64,000 nt of DNA from a virus (taxonomy: Duplodnaviria; Caudoviricetes), in IMG/VR virus record IMGVR_UViG_3300020048_000077, positions 24,997 to 88,996 of that record. The stretch is one strand, 5' to 3'. The translations under genes and the position numbers were made by a program. Positions 17,115-26,543 of this stretch are shown here, in pieces (the first letter of the stretch is position 1; every line of letters begins with the position of its first letter). The notes beneath the pieces were generated by a model. The model saw only the letters and a list, made by a program, of their open reading frames with translations. It was not told the origin of the DNA and did not search any database.

Positions 17115-17456
17115 TTACTTTGAAGTGAACCACTCAGCCATCACTTCACGGGCAATGGTCAGTTCCTGATTCTTCAGAATCAGATTGACCTTCGTGTTGT
17201 GCATTGTCTGTACGAACTCTGAAGGATTGAAGGATTTGGAGATCACATTCAACGTGGTTGAAACGTTGTCAGTGCTCACATCCGTCATCTCATCGAGTTT
17301 GTCTTCGAGTTTACGAACCTCACTTTCAAGCTTGTAGATCAGCATCTGCTGTTCTGCGGCAATACCATCACTGATACGCACTGCACGGTCTTCCTTGACC
17401 TTTCCATTCTCCCTTGCAAGCTTTGCTGCAAAGGCACTCTTTTGTTTTACTGCCAT
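17115..17456 (-). CDS. Small coiled-coil protein, paralog of 12720-13079
   Basis: FAAKLARENGKVKEDRAVRI...LE...FV...L pattern shared with 12720-13079. Confidence 0.75.
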   Translation of the reverse strand: MAVKQKSAFAAKLARENGKVKEDRAVRISDGIAAEQQMLIYKLESEVRKLEDKLDEMTDVSTDNVSTTLNVISKSFNPSEFVQTMHNTKVNLILKNQELTIAREVMAEWFTSK

Positions 17457-17745
17457 GACATTTATTGTTAAAGATTTGATTGTTTACAAATGAAAGGAGC
17501 CTGAACAATCTTTCGAATGCACAGGCTCCAGAAGGTCCGGTCTTTTGCCGATGTATGGGGATAGACTCAGGACGTATTAAATTCCACCATACATTTCTAC
17601 TCTTTGGTCGGATCAGGCCTCTGTCCAACGGTAGCGGAAACTGAGTAGGAACCACCGTTAAGCACCCTTTCAGTGCTCGTGTAGACATAACGAGTATTGA
17701 TATACTCGGTTGCTATGAGATATTACAAAAAAAGATATTTGCCTC

Positions 17746-17991
17746 TTAATTCAACTTTATAATAGCATTTGTAATGGCTATCTGGGAAATACAAAGCTGT
17801 CTAAAGGCTATTGCAGGCATCTGTGGGAATAAGTACTCTTTAAACACTTTCTCATTGATGCTAAGTTCCTCCTTATGAAGAACTTCAGGTTTCAAACACA
17901 TTTTTTTCAGAGTTTGCTTGTGCAACTCATTGAGTTTCACACCTCGTTTTATATTACTGATACACATCTCCGAACAGATTTTGAAAAACAA
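17746..17991 (-). CDS. Hypothetical protein
   Basis: ORF in the early small-gene cluster. Confidence 0.5.
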   Translation of the reverse strand: MFFKICSEMCISNIKRGVKLNELHKQTLKKMCLKPEVLHKEELSINEKVFKEYLFPQMPAIAFRQLCISQIAITNAIIKLN

Positions 17992-18259
17992 TGTCCGGTG
18001 AATAGTGGTTCATGGCCATTTCATAAGCCAGTAGTACACCTTCATCTTCAGCATGATGTACAACATCTTCAATAATGTTCGAAGGTTGATCAAGCTTTCC
18101 GCAGATGGATGCTGTAAGTAAGAGGTTGAGAATTATTAGTTTTTTCATGATGTAGTGCTTTACAGAGATAAAAAATGCTTTATTAATTGCGGTTGATTGC
18201 CTTTGCAATGATATTGACTGTAAGAAACAGTCCAATCCATGATAACAAGGTGAGTCCAA
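17954..18259 (-). CDS. Hypothetical protein (likely start MKKLIIL, signal-peptide-like)
   Basis: MKKLIILNLLLTASICG segment. Confidence 0.45.
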   Translation of the reverse strand: MDSPCYHGLDCFLQSISLQRQSTAINKAFFISVKHYIMKKLIILNLLLTASICGKLDQPSNIIEDVVHHAEDEGVLLAYEMAMNHYSPDIVFQNLFGDVYQ

Positions 18260-18410
18260 GTATATACCATATATCGCGGAATACGAATTTTACCGGTCTC
18301 CAGAATATGGCGGCCAGTGTTACAGATATGAATGACAGAATCACTCCACATAAGTAGAGTGATCCTATCACCAGAACGATGGGATTACAGAGAATCTCCA
18401 TTATTACCAA
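18183..18410 (-). CDS. Small membrane protein
   Basis: Two hydrophobic segments. Confidence 0.6.
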   Translation of the reverse strand: MVIMEILCNPIVLVIGSLYLCGVILSFISVTLAAIFWRPVKFVFRDIWYILGLTLLSWIGLFLTVNIIAKAINRN

Positions 18411-18598
18411 CGTTTATGTGCCCCAGGCTTCGTCATGCCCTCTCCATCTTTGTAGCCTGATTCAGCCACATTGAGACGGAATATTGCTCTACGTGTAGAA
18501 CGTGAGGCAATAGGTTGGAAATTACGTGCTTTCCTCTTAGCATATCTCTTGCTGTTAGGATCTTGCTTCTTAAGCTCTTTTGGTTCTTTGGTTTCCAT
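18404..18598 (-). CDS. Small basic hypothetical protein
   Basis: 64 aa, K/R-rich. Confidence 0.55.
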   Translation of the reverse strand: METKEPKELKKQDPNSKRYAKRKARNFQPIASRSTRRAIFRLNVAESGYKDGEGMTKPGAHKRW

Positions 18599-18648
18599 GA
18601 TGTTATTGATTGAGTTTGATTGTTTTTTAAAGTTAATACCGCCTTTCT

Positions 18649-19293
18649 CTATTTTCCAAGCCTACGTATGAGGTCTTCCAATGGATTTTTCGATTTCTTA
18701 GAAAGCGCCCTCGAAGCTTGTATGGCTGACATGATCATACGAACATTAAACTCGCCTTTTCCTTGCAATAGGTCTTCAAGTTCTGTTCGAGATACATTAT
18801 TCAAGGATGAACTGGCACCAATGACATCGTACTCAAGATCCAATGTAATGAACGGGTATTCTTCCCATCTATCAGGATTCATTCCTATCAAGTATCCATA
18901 GTGTCGGAAAAGATCAAAGATCTCGTCAAGTTCTTCACGGGATGCAATATGTACAGTGGTTCCAGGCATTAATTTGCTCTTTGAGAACCTCGATGCTTTG
19001 GCTTCTAATTCAGATAGATCCAAAGCGCTTACACCACAAAGCAGATCAATGAAGTCTGTAAATGGAATAGAAGCCGTGTTTTCTTTAAAACCTTCATTAT
19101 AAGAAATCGATCGAAAGCTTTCACACTCTGCATCTAAGCATACAAATTCAGTTTCATCTCTGAAGAGAAATGCTGCCATGTTGAATTTGTAAGTGGGAAA
19201 TTTCAGCTTCTTAAGATGAGATGCAAATTCATGCTTCTGCTCAGTGTTCATGATAGTGAACACTCCTGGGTACAATTGATTGAACTTTTTCAT
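18649..19293 (-). CDS. Hypothetical protein
   Basis: 214-aa ORF. Confidence 0.7.
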   Translation of the reverse strand: MKKFNQLYPGVFTIMNTEQKHEFASHLKKLKFPTYKFNMAAFLFRDETEFVCLDAECESFRSISYNEGFKENTASIPFTDFIDLLCGVSALDLSELEAKASRFSKSKLMPGTTVHIASREELDEIFDLFRHYGYLIGMNPDRWEEYPFITLDLEYDVIGASSSLNNVSRTELEDLLQGKGEFNVRMIMSAIQASRALSKKSKNPLEDLIRRLGK

Positions 19294-19760
19294 TGATGAT
19301 CGTGGTTAGTTTAGGAATGTTAGTTTTGAATACCTTAATCAACAGCATGAGCTGGTCACATTTGGATTTGACTTCAGTGACTTAATGACCCAACCGGAAA
19401 GAATGGCCCGCAATGCGTGCACCACTCGATCCGGAATTGCCTGCATTGGTTCAGCAGGTGTAGCTAATCCACGCTCAAGAGGTTTCCACACCTATGATGA
19501 ACATGATTTCTCGACTGACTACGGACATCTTCCTCTTTATTAGCATCAAGAGGAGATGGTTGTACTATTGAGGAATGTGCTGAGTTCTGCTCAGGTCACA
19601 TTCCTTATACTCCGGTAACATGTACGACAGTATCACTGGACATGGTGGGAGGAGTGAGATATAGAGGGTGACAGGTACTTTCAACTGACCTTGATAAGCT
19701 GGTCAAATCTTATATTCTACTGCCCTTAGTTTGTTGCCTGGATCCTTGGCCCCTCTAATA

Positions 19761-20072
19761 TTAAAACCATTCAAGATTACTTGAGCGATGAATAACAAGG
19801 TAATGTTGAGCTTCCTTCTCCACTGTAAGACTCATGGACAAGTTATTTGATTGAGGATCTCTACCCATTACAGTCATTGCAGGAACACATCTATGTTCCA
19901 GAATGATATTGGTGCTTTCTTGAAACAATACCTCTGACTCTTCAGGTATGTTGTTATCATTTATGAAGTCAAGCACAGCCTTCACACTAAGTTTGTCCAA
20001 ATATTTCAACATTGAAGAGTAATTAAAGTGAATGGTAAAAGAACCTGTGATCCGTAGACTCTCGCATTGCAA
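19761..20072 (-). CDS. Hypothetical protein (likely start MLKYLDK)
   Basis: ORF on the coding strand of the module. Confidence 0.5.
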   Translation of the reverse strand: MQCESLRITGSFTIHFNYSSMLKYLDKLSVKAVLDFINDNNIPEESEVLFQESTNIILEHRCVPAMTVMGRDPQSNNLSMSLTVEKEAQHYLVIHRSSNLEWF

Positions 20073-20454
20073 ACCAATCTGACTTTCTGTTGGATTTCAG
20101 TGCATTATGAAGTTTTCTGCATTGCAACATTTCCAAGTTGATGCTGTACTCCCAAGTCTTGCGTAGTCCCCAGGACCACAGATATGTGAAAAGTGCTTTA
20201 TTCATACATTGTGAGATGAAATCAAAGATTTCAAATAGAGAGGAAATTGGGTGTGATATGCCTACAACCCTCATAATCAATCACTTACGTCTCAAAATTG
20301 ACCTCAAAAAGAGAGGAAATTGACTCAGTAAAATCAATTTCACACTCATTTGTGAACGTTGTTAAAGGCCGTATTTCACAACAGATCGATGAGAGGTGCG
20401 GAATACAGGCAGTATCAACTGGTTCGTATTGATTGTTACACACACAAGAAGTAG

Positions 20455-20485
20455 AAAAAAGGGGAGAAAACTATCTCCCCTTTTG
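20455..20485 (-). terminator. Intrinsic terminator after 20486-20743
   Basis: AAAAGGGGAGA-TAGTTT-TCTCCCCTTTTTT. Confidence 0.65.
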
Positions 20486-20743
20486 TTACCTGCGATTCCA
20501 AGGTGATACGGAGTACCAGTCCTTGGAATAAAGAAGCAACAACTCCTTAGTGTTGTTGTTTTCGGGCATTGGCTCACCCGAGACAAGACCGAACCCCGTA
20601 GGGGCCTTGGCCTTAGCTATGCTATGTGCCATTGGTAGGACAATCTCCAAGGTTATGCCTGGGAGAGTGGACGGTTTGCTTAAGGTAAGGTATTCCTTAC
20701 CTGAAGCTGATGTGTTAAGTTGAACAAGAATGTTTTTTTCCAT
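20486..20743 (-). CDS. Hypothetical protein, first gene of the leftward module
   Basis: 85-aa ORF followed by a terminator. Confidence 0.65.
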   Translation of the reverse strand: MEKNILVQLNTSASGKEYLTLSKPSTLPGITLEIVLPMAHSIAKAKAPTGFGLVSGEPMPENNNTKELLLLYSKDWYSVSPWNRR

Positions 20744-20822
20744 GATTTGTGAGATTTTAAATGATTTATAATTGTTTGACGGGGACGTTCAAAAACCCCA
20801 ATTATGCACCGTGGTGTTCTTG

Positions 20823-21010
20823 AGTAGGTAAGAGTGCGCGCGAATTTTTTTTGAATTTGATATGGGCAGTATACAACAATGCGTAGGTAAGAATATGCAC
20901 GACCTCAAAATTTTTTTTCAGGGGGGTAGCCGGTAACCACACGCGTCTCTGAAAAAATTTTTTGGGAGTTCTTTGAAGAGCCCGGTCAAAAAATTTTTTT
21001 AGTAGGTTAT
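20823..21010. repeat. Array of A/T tracts and GTAGGT repeats at the strand-divergence point
   Basis: Four AnTn tracts (about 20843, 20907, 20952, 20988), a GGGGGGTAGCC box, three GTAGGT(A/T)A copies. Confidence 0.65.
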
Positions 21011-21437
21011 CAACAGGTCTAACAGAGTGTATCAAGTACAAGATCAAGAAGTCCTGTTCATAACCTGGTAAAAGCCATCATGCTGCATATTGAATTCCTT
21101 TACATACATTTGCCCCGTTCCTTTATCACCCACGAGGAGTCCAAAGATGCGGTAGTGGGTCAAACCGGATTGTAAGTTGCAAGCATATTAAAATAGCAGC
21201 GGAGTGTACTGGTTGGAACGAAAGAGTGAGTATAAAGCGCGAGTTGGGTGGAAGCAACATGCAACACAGAGGTAAGTGTAAGGGGAACTGACCCCATTTG
21301 TCCATCCTTGACCAAGAGCACTGCTCGATGCTGAAGTCTCACTTGAAAGCATGAAAATGCAACGGTGAAGAAATTCGAAGAGGATTTCGCCAAGGGATTT
21401 TTTATGTAGTTTTACCAACATAAGCAAAAAGAATCAC

Positions 21438-21728
21438 ATGACCACATCAGAACAACTTCTAAAGGTACTCACGGAGAATCTGGCTGCTGCCAGAGGACTT
21501 GGAGGAAGTAAGATCATAACAGGAGGAGCAACACCTGGATCAGCCACAGGAAGGATCATAGCCATTGAATCCATTGGTTCCACATACGAACTTGGAACTG
21601 TTACAGGAAACTGCGAGAATCTATCAGGAAGAACATTCGATGCACCGTTTATTGTACTTGGGCAGTTCAGTCTTGTAACGGCCGGTCCGAACGCTACGGA
21701 TATATTCATAGTTTACTACGCTGTCTGA
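21438..21728 (+). CDS. Hypothetical (probable virion) protein
   Basis: 96 aa, G/A/T-rich, first rightward gene. Confidence 0.7.
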   Translation: MTTSEQLLKVLTENLAAARGLGGSKIITGGATPGSATGRIIAIESIGSTYELGTVTGNCENLSGRTFDAPFIVLGQFSLVTAGPNATDIFIVYYAV

Positions 21729-22807
21729 TGCTGTTCATAGGAGGAAAGAGCGCAGGATCTGCAGGAGGTACCGCACCATCCGTAGCGGTGGGGGTAAGTG
21801 ATTCCACACCGAACTTCGGTGATGCTGTTACTATTACTGCAACACCCAGTAATATAACTCCAACGAGTTACACTTTCCAATTGCCCAACAGGAATGGTGA
21901 TCTTGTTAATGTCACACAAGCTTCAAACATATATGTTTGGACAGTAACCAACATCGGTACGGATACAGTTATTGTTACAGCTACCAACGGTGTGAGTAGT
22001 GTATACACTTCCATCTCAATAACGACCACCGTTGAAGCTCCATTAACATCTGCTAAGGCGGTATTCGACACATTTAAGACGGTGACCGCCTACGCGGGGC
22101 AATGCTTCAATGTTAGACGAACAGACACCTCGGCAAGTTCGGATATTGCATTTACTGCAGGGAAGTTCGATGAAGCAGCTTTCGATACTTTCAGAGGTAT
22201 ATCAGCGGCAACAGTGGCAACGATGTATAATCAGGTAAGCAATGGTGATCTTGTCCAAGCAACGGCAGGGGCGCAGCCACCACTATGCGTGAACGGGGAT
22301 AGCGTTTATTTGCAAGGTTTCACCAATGCGCTCTACCGCCTTGCAATGACATTTGTTTCGGGCCTGGCACTTAACGAAACGGCTACCGAGTACTTTGTCA
22401 TCAAAGTAATATCAAATGTCACGAGCAGTGCCGTTATCGCTAACGATCTGGTGGCTGGCCGAAACATTGGACTGGGGTTCTATTTGACGAACGGAGCATA
22501 TATTTCGGACGGAGTGAACGCGGTGAGGACAGGGCAGAATGACTACTCAAAGAAGATGCTGCTCACGCTTCAGTTTAAAAATGCCACACCCGTTGTGGCA
22601 ATCAACGGAGTGGTGCAAGGGTTGACTGACACGGCTGGATCTACTGCCGCCTTCACAGCCCGCGCAATGACTACCCGCTATCTTATGGGCAATCTTGCTG
22701 GGGCGTTTCAAGTCAATAATAACGAGATCTACGCTTACTACATGGATGCTGCCGACAGAAGCACAAGCCTTGAAACATTCTTAATGAAACTACATGGCAT
22801 CAGTTAA
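21728..22807 (+). CDS. Fibre/receptor-binding-like protein (Ig/PKD-like plus lectin-like domain)
   Basis: N-terminal beta-sandwich PNFGDAVTITAT...YVWTVT; FNVRRTD...YNQVSN...AQP segment. Confidence 0.6.
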   Translation: MLFIGGKSAGSAGGTAPSVAVGVSDSTPNFGDAVTITATPSNITPTSYTFQLPNRNGDLVNVTQASNIYVWTVTNIGTDTVIVTATNGVSSVYTSISITTTVEAPLTSAKAVFDTFKTVTAYAGQCFNVRRTDTSASSDIAFTAGKFDEAAFDTFRGISAATVATMYNQVSNGDLVQATAGAQPPLCVNGDSVYLQGFTNALYRLAMTFVSGLALNETATEYFVIKVISNVTSSAVIANDLVAGRNIGLGFYLTNGAYISDGVNAVRTGQNDYSKKMLLTLQFKNATPVVAINGVVQGLTDTAGSTAAFTARAMTTRYLMGNLAGAFQVNNNEIYAYYMDAADRSTSLETFLMKLHGIS

Positions 22808-22952
22808 GGAGTATTACGCCACAGAGGATGAGTGCAAAATAGCCTCATCAGATAGGATGAAGCTAGAGATAGGCTACGACCCTGATGCGCCCACTCAATA
22901 TTATTGGGATTGGGGGCTGGATGAAAATGGATGGTATGTTATTATGACCTAA
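22794..22952 (+). CDS. Small acidic protein (52 aa, not in the ORF track)
   Basis: MASVKEYYATEDEC...YYWDWGLDENGWYVIMT*, overlapping the upstream stop. Confidence 0.5.
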   Translation: MASVKEYYATEDECKIASSDRMKLEIGYDPDAPTQYYWDWGLDENGWYVIMT

Positions 22953-23025
22953 AGGTTTAAATGATCTACGTTACAGAAACGATGAAAATAACCCGTTGGC
23001 AGGATTGGAGCACTGAACCAGCATT

Positions 23026-23334
23026 ATGAACATGAGAACAGAAATGGAAGCAAATGATGCAGCAGCTTGGGCAGGTATACTTTCAGCCATCGGAGGTATA
23101 AGTACCGGAATATTCAGCGGCATCAAGATCGGTAGGAGCAAGCAGGTCGAAGAGATCAAAGAACTCATTACACAGTACAAGGATGCCAACGAGTTCACTA
23201 AGAATGAGGTTCTCAATGTTAAGGCCGTACTACATGAGACAAGACAGATGCACAAAGAATGTGAAGAGGGAAGGATGGTACTGGAAAAACGTGTGGACGA
23301 ACTTGATGAACAAGTAAAAAAACTGACTCCATGA
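23026..23334 (+). CDS. Membrane-anchored coiled-coil protein (holin/antiholin-like)
   Basis: One N-terminal TM segment plus coiled coil, upstream of the lysin. Confidence 0.6.
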   Translation: MNMRTEMEANDAAAWAGILSAIGGISTGIFSGIKIGRSKQVEEIKELITQYKDANEFTKNEVLNVKAVLHETRQMHKECEEGRMVLEKRVDELDEQVKKLTP

Positions 23335-23543
23335 ATCCACATTTGAAGGAAATGTTCAGTGGTGACGGTGCTCTTTCTCTTATGAGAGGAATGGCCGCAC
23401 TGGTCGTTATGACGGGATGCTATGCCATCATACATCAATTATGGTTGTTTCAAACAGTGGATTATTTTGGACCTACAGGAGTAATACTGGCTGGACTTGG
23501 AGGTAAGGCCATTCAGAAACAGATAGAGAAGAGTCGAAATTAA
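23331..23543 (+). CDS. Putative holin
   Basis: 70 aa, two TM segments, basic C-terminus, directly before the endolysin. Confidence 0.65.
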   Translation: MNPHLKEMFSGDGALSLMRGMAALVVMTGCYAIIHQLWLFQTVDYFGPTGVILAGLGGKAIQKQIEKSRN

Positions 23544-23555
23544 TACATCGAACCA

Positions 23556-24167
23556 ATGAGTTTAAAGTTACTACAGGAGCAGGCAGGAGTGAAGCCGGAT
23601 GGAATATTCGGACCGGGAACATTCGCAGCCGCATCAAAATATCTGGCGCTTCCAGGAGATGAAGCAGCAGTTCACTTCTTTGCACAGACAGGACATGAGA
23701 CAGGGAATTTCAGAACATTTGAAGAGAATCTCAACTATTCTAAAGAAGGACTCCTTAAGGTATTTGGAAAGTATTTCACCGAAGAAACAGCCGCAAAGTA
23801 CGCGCACTCACCAGAGCGGATCGCTAACCGTGTTTACGCGAACAGAATGGGAAACGGGGATGAAGCGTCAGGGGACGGATGGAAGTTCAGAGGACGAGGA
23901 GCGGTTCAGTTGACAGGAAGATTCAACTATCAGAAGTTCGCAGAGTATATGCACGATCTCATGATCGTAAAAGACCCTGATCGTGTGGCCAATGAACTGA
24001 GCTTTAAAGCAGCAGCGTGGTTCTTTGATGTCAATGGAATATTCAACATGTCCACAGATTACGATGACGAGACCATCAAGAAGATAACCAAGAAGGTCAA
24101 TGGTGGATACAACGGTCTCGAGCATAGGATTCAATTGACAAGACTTTATAAGACGTACCTGAGATGA
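23556..24167 (+). CDS. GH19 (chitinase/lysozyme-like) endolysin with N-terminal peptidoglycan-binding stub
   Basis: AQTGHETGNF, YANRMGNG, RGRGAVQLTGRFNY, VNGGYNGLEHR; N-terminal LQEQAGVKPDGIFGPGT. Confidence 0.92.
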   Translation: MSLKLLQEQAGVKPDGIFGPGTFAAASKYLALPGDEAAVHFFAQTGHETGNFRTFEENLNYSKEGLLKVFGKYFTEETAAKYAHSPERIANRVYANRMGNGDEASGDGWKFRGRGAVQLTGRFNYQKFAEYMHDLMIVKDPDRVANELSFKAAAWFFDVNGIFNMSTDYDDETIKKITKKVNGGYNGLEHRIQLTRLYKTYLR

Positions 24168-24955
24168 TGATAGCCCTTACGATCGCTGGAATCCTTAACA
24201 AGATGGGCGACATACTTGGATTCTTTAAGAAGTACCCGAAGGAGATGATCATTCTTCTCTTGTCCGGGTACATAGTATTCTGTCAGTTGACACATAACGG
24301 ACCACTAACTGCAGGAGGAAAATGTCCTGAAGCAGGAAATGGAGACACGCTTTCTGACATTACTACGGAAACATTTATATTTGACTCCAGCAAAGTAGTC
24401 CTAGATGTTTCAAAGCCAGATCCGATATCAACAGTTTCAGGAACCAAAAGAACCTGGAAGCGTCCCGTGTTGGTTGTGGATCCTACTGGCGATTGCCGTG
24501 ACTCTATTGCTGGGCTCGTGTCATCCCTTGGTTGGTATGACTTCTCTCTCGGTGAATGTGAAGAAAGACTTCAGGAACTTTCAGCGGTCAGGACTTACAA
24601 GGACAGCGCCAGTAACGACTCCATGGTCGTTGGATACGGATTCAGTGTCAGAGGAGAACTCATCGGAACACCCGAACTCTGGTACAAGAGGACCGCTCCG
24701 TATGTCACCACTACACGCACCATTACAACGGTTGAAGTTCGTGGGCCGTATAAGAAGATCGGGATCGGTGTTGGCGTTTCTTACATCAATCAAGGAAATA
24801 AAGCAGATCCAGGTGGTCTCGAAACTTCGCTTCAAGCATCGTACATGGACAAGAAGAACAACCAGTTCGTAGTTAAAGGTGGATATCTGTTTCAACAACA
24901 GGAGGGATGGATCGTAGGTATAGGGTACATGAAGAATTTTGATATAAAATTGTAG
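24164..24955 (+). CDS. Putative spanin-like lysis protein
   Basis: N-terminal TM, C-terminal amphipathic beta strands, follows the endolysin. Confidence 0.55.
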   Translation: MMIALTIAGILNKMGDILGFFKKYPKEMIILLLSGYIVFCQLTHNGPLTAGGKCPEAGNGDTLSDITTETFIFDSSKVVLDVSKPDPISTVSGTKRTWKRPVLVVDPTGDCRDSIAGLVSSLGWYDFSLGECEERLQELSAVRTYKDSASNDSMVVGYGFSVRGELIGTPELWYKRTAPYVTTTRTITTVEVRGPYKKIGIGVGVSYINQGNKADPGGLETSLQASYMDKKNNQFVVKGGYLFQQQEGWIVGIGYMKNFDIKL

Positions 24956-25107
24956 GTGATACCAGAAATTTGTTTAACTTTGAAGCCTCAATGAGCATAA
25001 AAAGACATATAGAGCAACCGATTATCAATGATCGCGCCATGAACGCGGACAACGGGACTTCTATGTAAAAGCGAGTAAAGGACATAGAAAAACATTTAAG
25101 AGCATCA

Positions 25108-25143
25108 AAGGCCCTTCTCGCAATCCGAGAGGGGCTTTTTAAT
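25108..25143 (+). terminator. Intrinsic terminator after the lysis cassette
   Basis: GGCCCTTCTCG-CAATC-CGAGAGGGGC followed by a T run. Confidence 0.7.
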
Positions 25144-25145
25144 TC

Positions 25146-25219
25146 ATAGGAATAGCCAAGTCAGGTATGACGCTACGTTTGGGACGTAGAGATCGTAGGT
25201 TCGAATCCTGCTTCCTATA
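25146..25219 (+). tRNA. tRNA-Pro(UGG)
   Basis: ATAGGAA/TTCCTAT acceptor; CTACG-TTTGGGA-CGTAG anticodon arm; GTAGG-TTCGAAT-CCTGC T arm. Confidence 0.85.
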
Positions 25220-25277
25220 CAACATTGCGGGATAGAGCAGTTCAAGTCTCCTTTATCCAACTGTAATAACATTTATG

Positions 25278-25285
25278 TATATTTG
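25278..25285 (+). promoter_or_regulatory. Bacteroidota sigma70-type -7 element (TAnnTTTG)
   Basis: TATATTTG about 25 nt upstream of ATG 25310. Confidence 0.5.
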
Positions 25286-25309
25286 TCCGATAACAAAATC
25301 AGACATAAA

Positions 25310-25600
25310 ATGGAGCAGTGGGAAATAGACCGTAGAAAGGAGCTGGAAGCTTCTACACCGAATACATCCTACGTTTTTTCTGCAGGGACTTATACAATAG
25401 GCACTGGAAAAGGTGGAGCTATCGATCTGCAAATAGCCATCGAGAAAGAGGTTCGAAAGATGCAGGCTGAAACAATATCTTCCGCAGAGGCTGAACCTAA
25501 GTACTGGTTCGAACGACCTGATATTCTATACGAAGAGCTTACTGAAGAAAAACTACGGGAGGTCCTAACAGCTCTCCTAGACTTAAAATCAAACTTATAG
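25310..25600 (+). CDS. Hypothetical protein
   Basis: Start moved from TTG 25283 to ATG 25310 (MEQWEIDRRK). Confidence 0.6.
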   Translation: MEQWEIDRRKELEASTPNTSYVFSAGTYTIGTGKGGAIDLQIAIEKEVRKMQAETISSAEAEPKYWFERPDILYEELTEEKLREVLTALLDLKSNL

Positions 25601-25603
25601 ACA

Positions 25604-25903
25604 ATGAAAGCATCAAACATGTGGGTCGCACTTGAAGACCCAAGGGAAAAAGTAGCAGAAAGAATAAAGCACGTGATACTTTCTGAAGAACAACATCAGA
25701 AACTGGCCGAAGATGAGGCACTTGGAACAAATGTTCTTACTGTGCACAGCGCAGGAGCAGATGTGAAGGACAAACGTATACGTCCGGGAGCAACAGTAGT
25801 TGTTGATCCAAGAGTTCCAACTATAATCGTAAAACCTGATCCTTCAAAACCGGATGAGTTCCTACTTATAGTAGCTGAGAGTCAAATTCTCATGGTGGAA
25901 TGA
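25604..25903 (+). CDS. GroES-like (co-chaperonin fold) protein
   Basis: VHSAGADV...IRPGATVVVDP...LLIVAESQILMV pattern. Confidence 0.6.
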   Translation: MKASNMWVALEDPREKVAERIKHVILSEEQHQKLAEDEALGTNVLTVHSAGADVKDKRIRPGATVVVDPRVPTIIVKPDPSKPDEFLLIVAESQILMVE

Positions 25904-26136
25904 ACGGAACGGTCACCATAGAACTGAATGATTTCAAGAAACTTGAACAATCTTCAATAGAAGGAAAGAAGGCCATTGAGCTTGTGGAGGAACTTGACAC
26001 TGAGATGTTCGAGTTCCTCCAATATCTGAGCAGAACCAATGACATGAATCTCATAGCGGAGAAATACAACCTGCAGGGAAGACCCCGTACACTGAAAATA
26101 GCAAGAGGAGGATGGAGACTGGCCAGAAAAGACTGA
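25900..26136 (+). CDS. Hypothetical protein
   Basis: Coupled ORF (ATGA overlap). Confidence 0.65.
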   Translation: MNGTVTIELNDFKKLEQSSIEGKKAIELVEELDTEMFEFLQYLSRTNDMNLIAEKYNLQGRPRTLKIARGGWRLARKD

Positions 26137-26438
26137 AGATACGTGCGAAGTTGAACAGTACTGCAAAGTACATCAAGTTCTTCAACGGCCCCTATAACCT
26201 TACGGACAGGGAGATCGTAATACTTGCAGGTATCATTGATTCAGGAAGCATCATAGGAAGCCCTGAAGATAGGGTGAAGGCCTCAAAGGAACTCAATGTA
26301 TCAGGAATGGTACTGAACACCTACATAAAGAGACTGAAGGATAAAAAAGCGCTTGTCATCAACGATGGAAAATACGAACTTGCCAAGATCTTCGAAAGAT
26401 ATTCAGAAGTGGAGATCCTTATCAATGGGGAACCCTGA
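26112..26438 (+). CDS. Winged-HTH (MarR-like) DNA-binding protein
   Basis: LTDREIVIL...ASKELNVSGMVLNTYIKRLKDKKALV. Confidence 0.65.
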   Translation: METGQKRLKIRAKLNSTAKYIKFFNGPYNLTDREIVILAGIIDSGSIIGSPEDRVKASKELNVSGMVLNTYIKRLKDKKALVINDGKYELAKIFERYSEVEILINGEP

Positions 26439-26543
26439 TGGTAGGGACATTCCTGGAAGAGTATCCACCATCTTTGAAAACAACATGATAAGTGTACTCA
26501 TAGTGTATGATGAAAAAGGAAGATTGAAACAAATATTCACACA

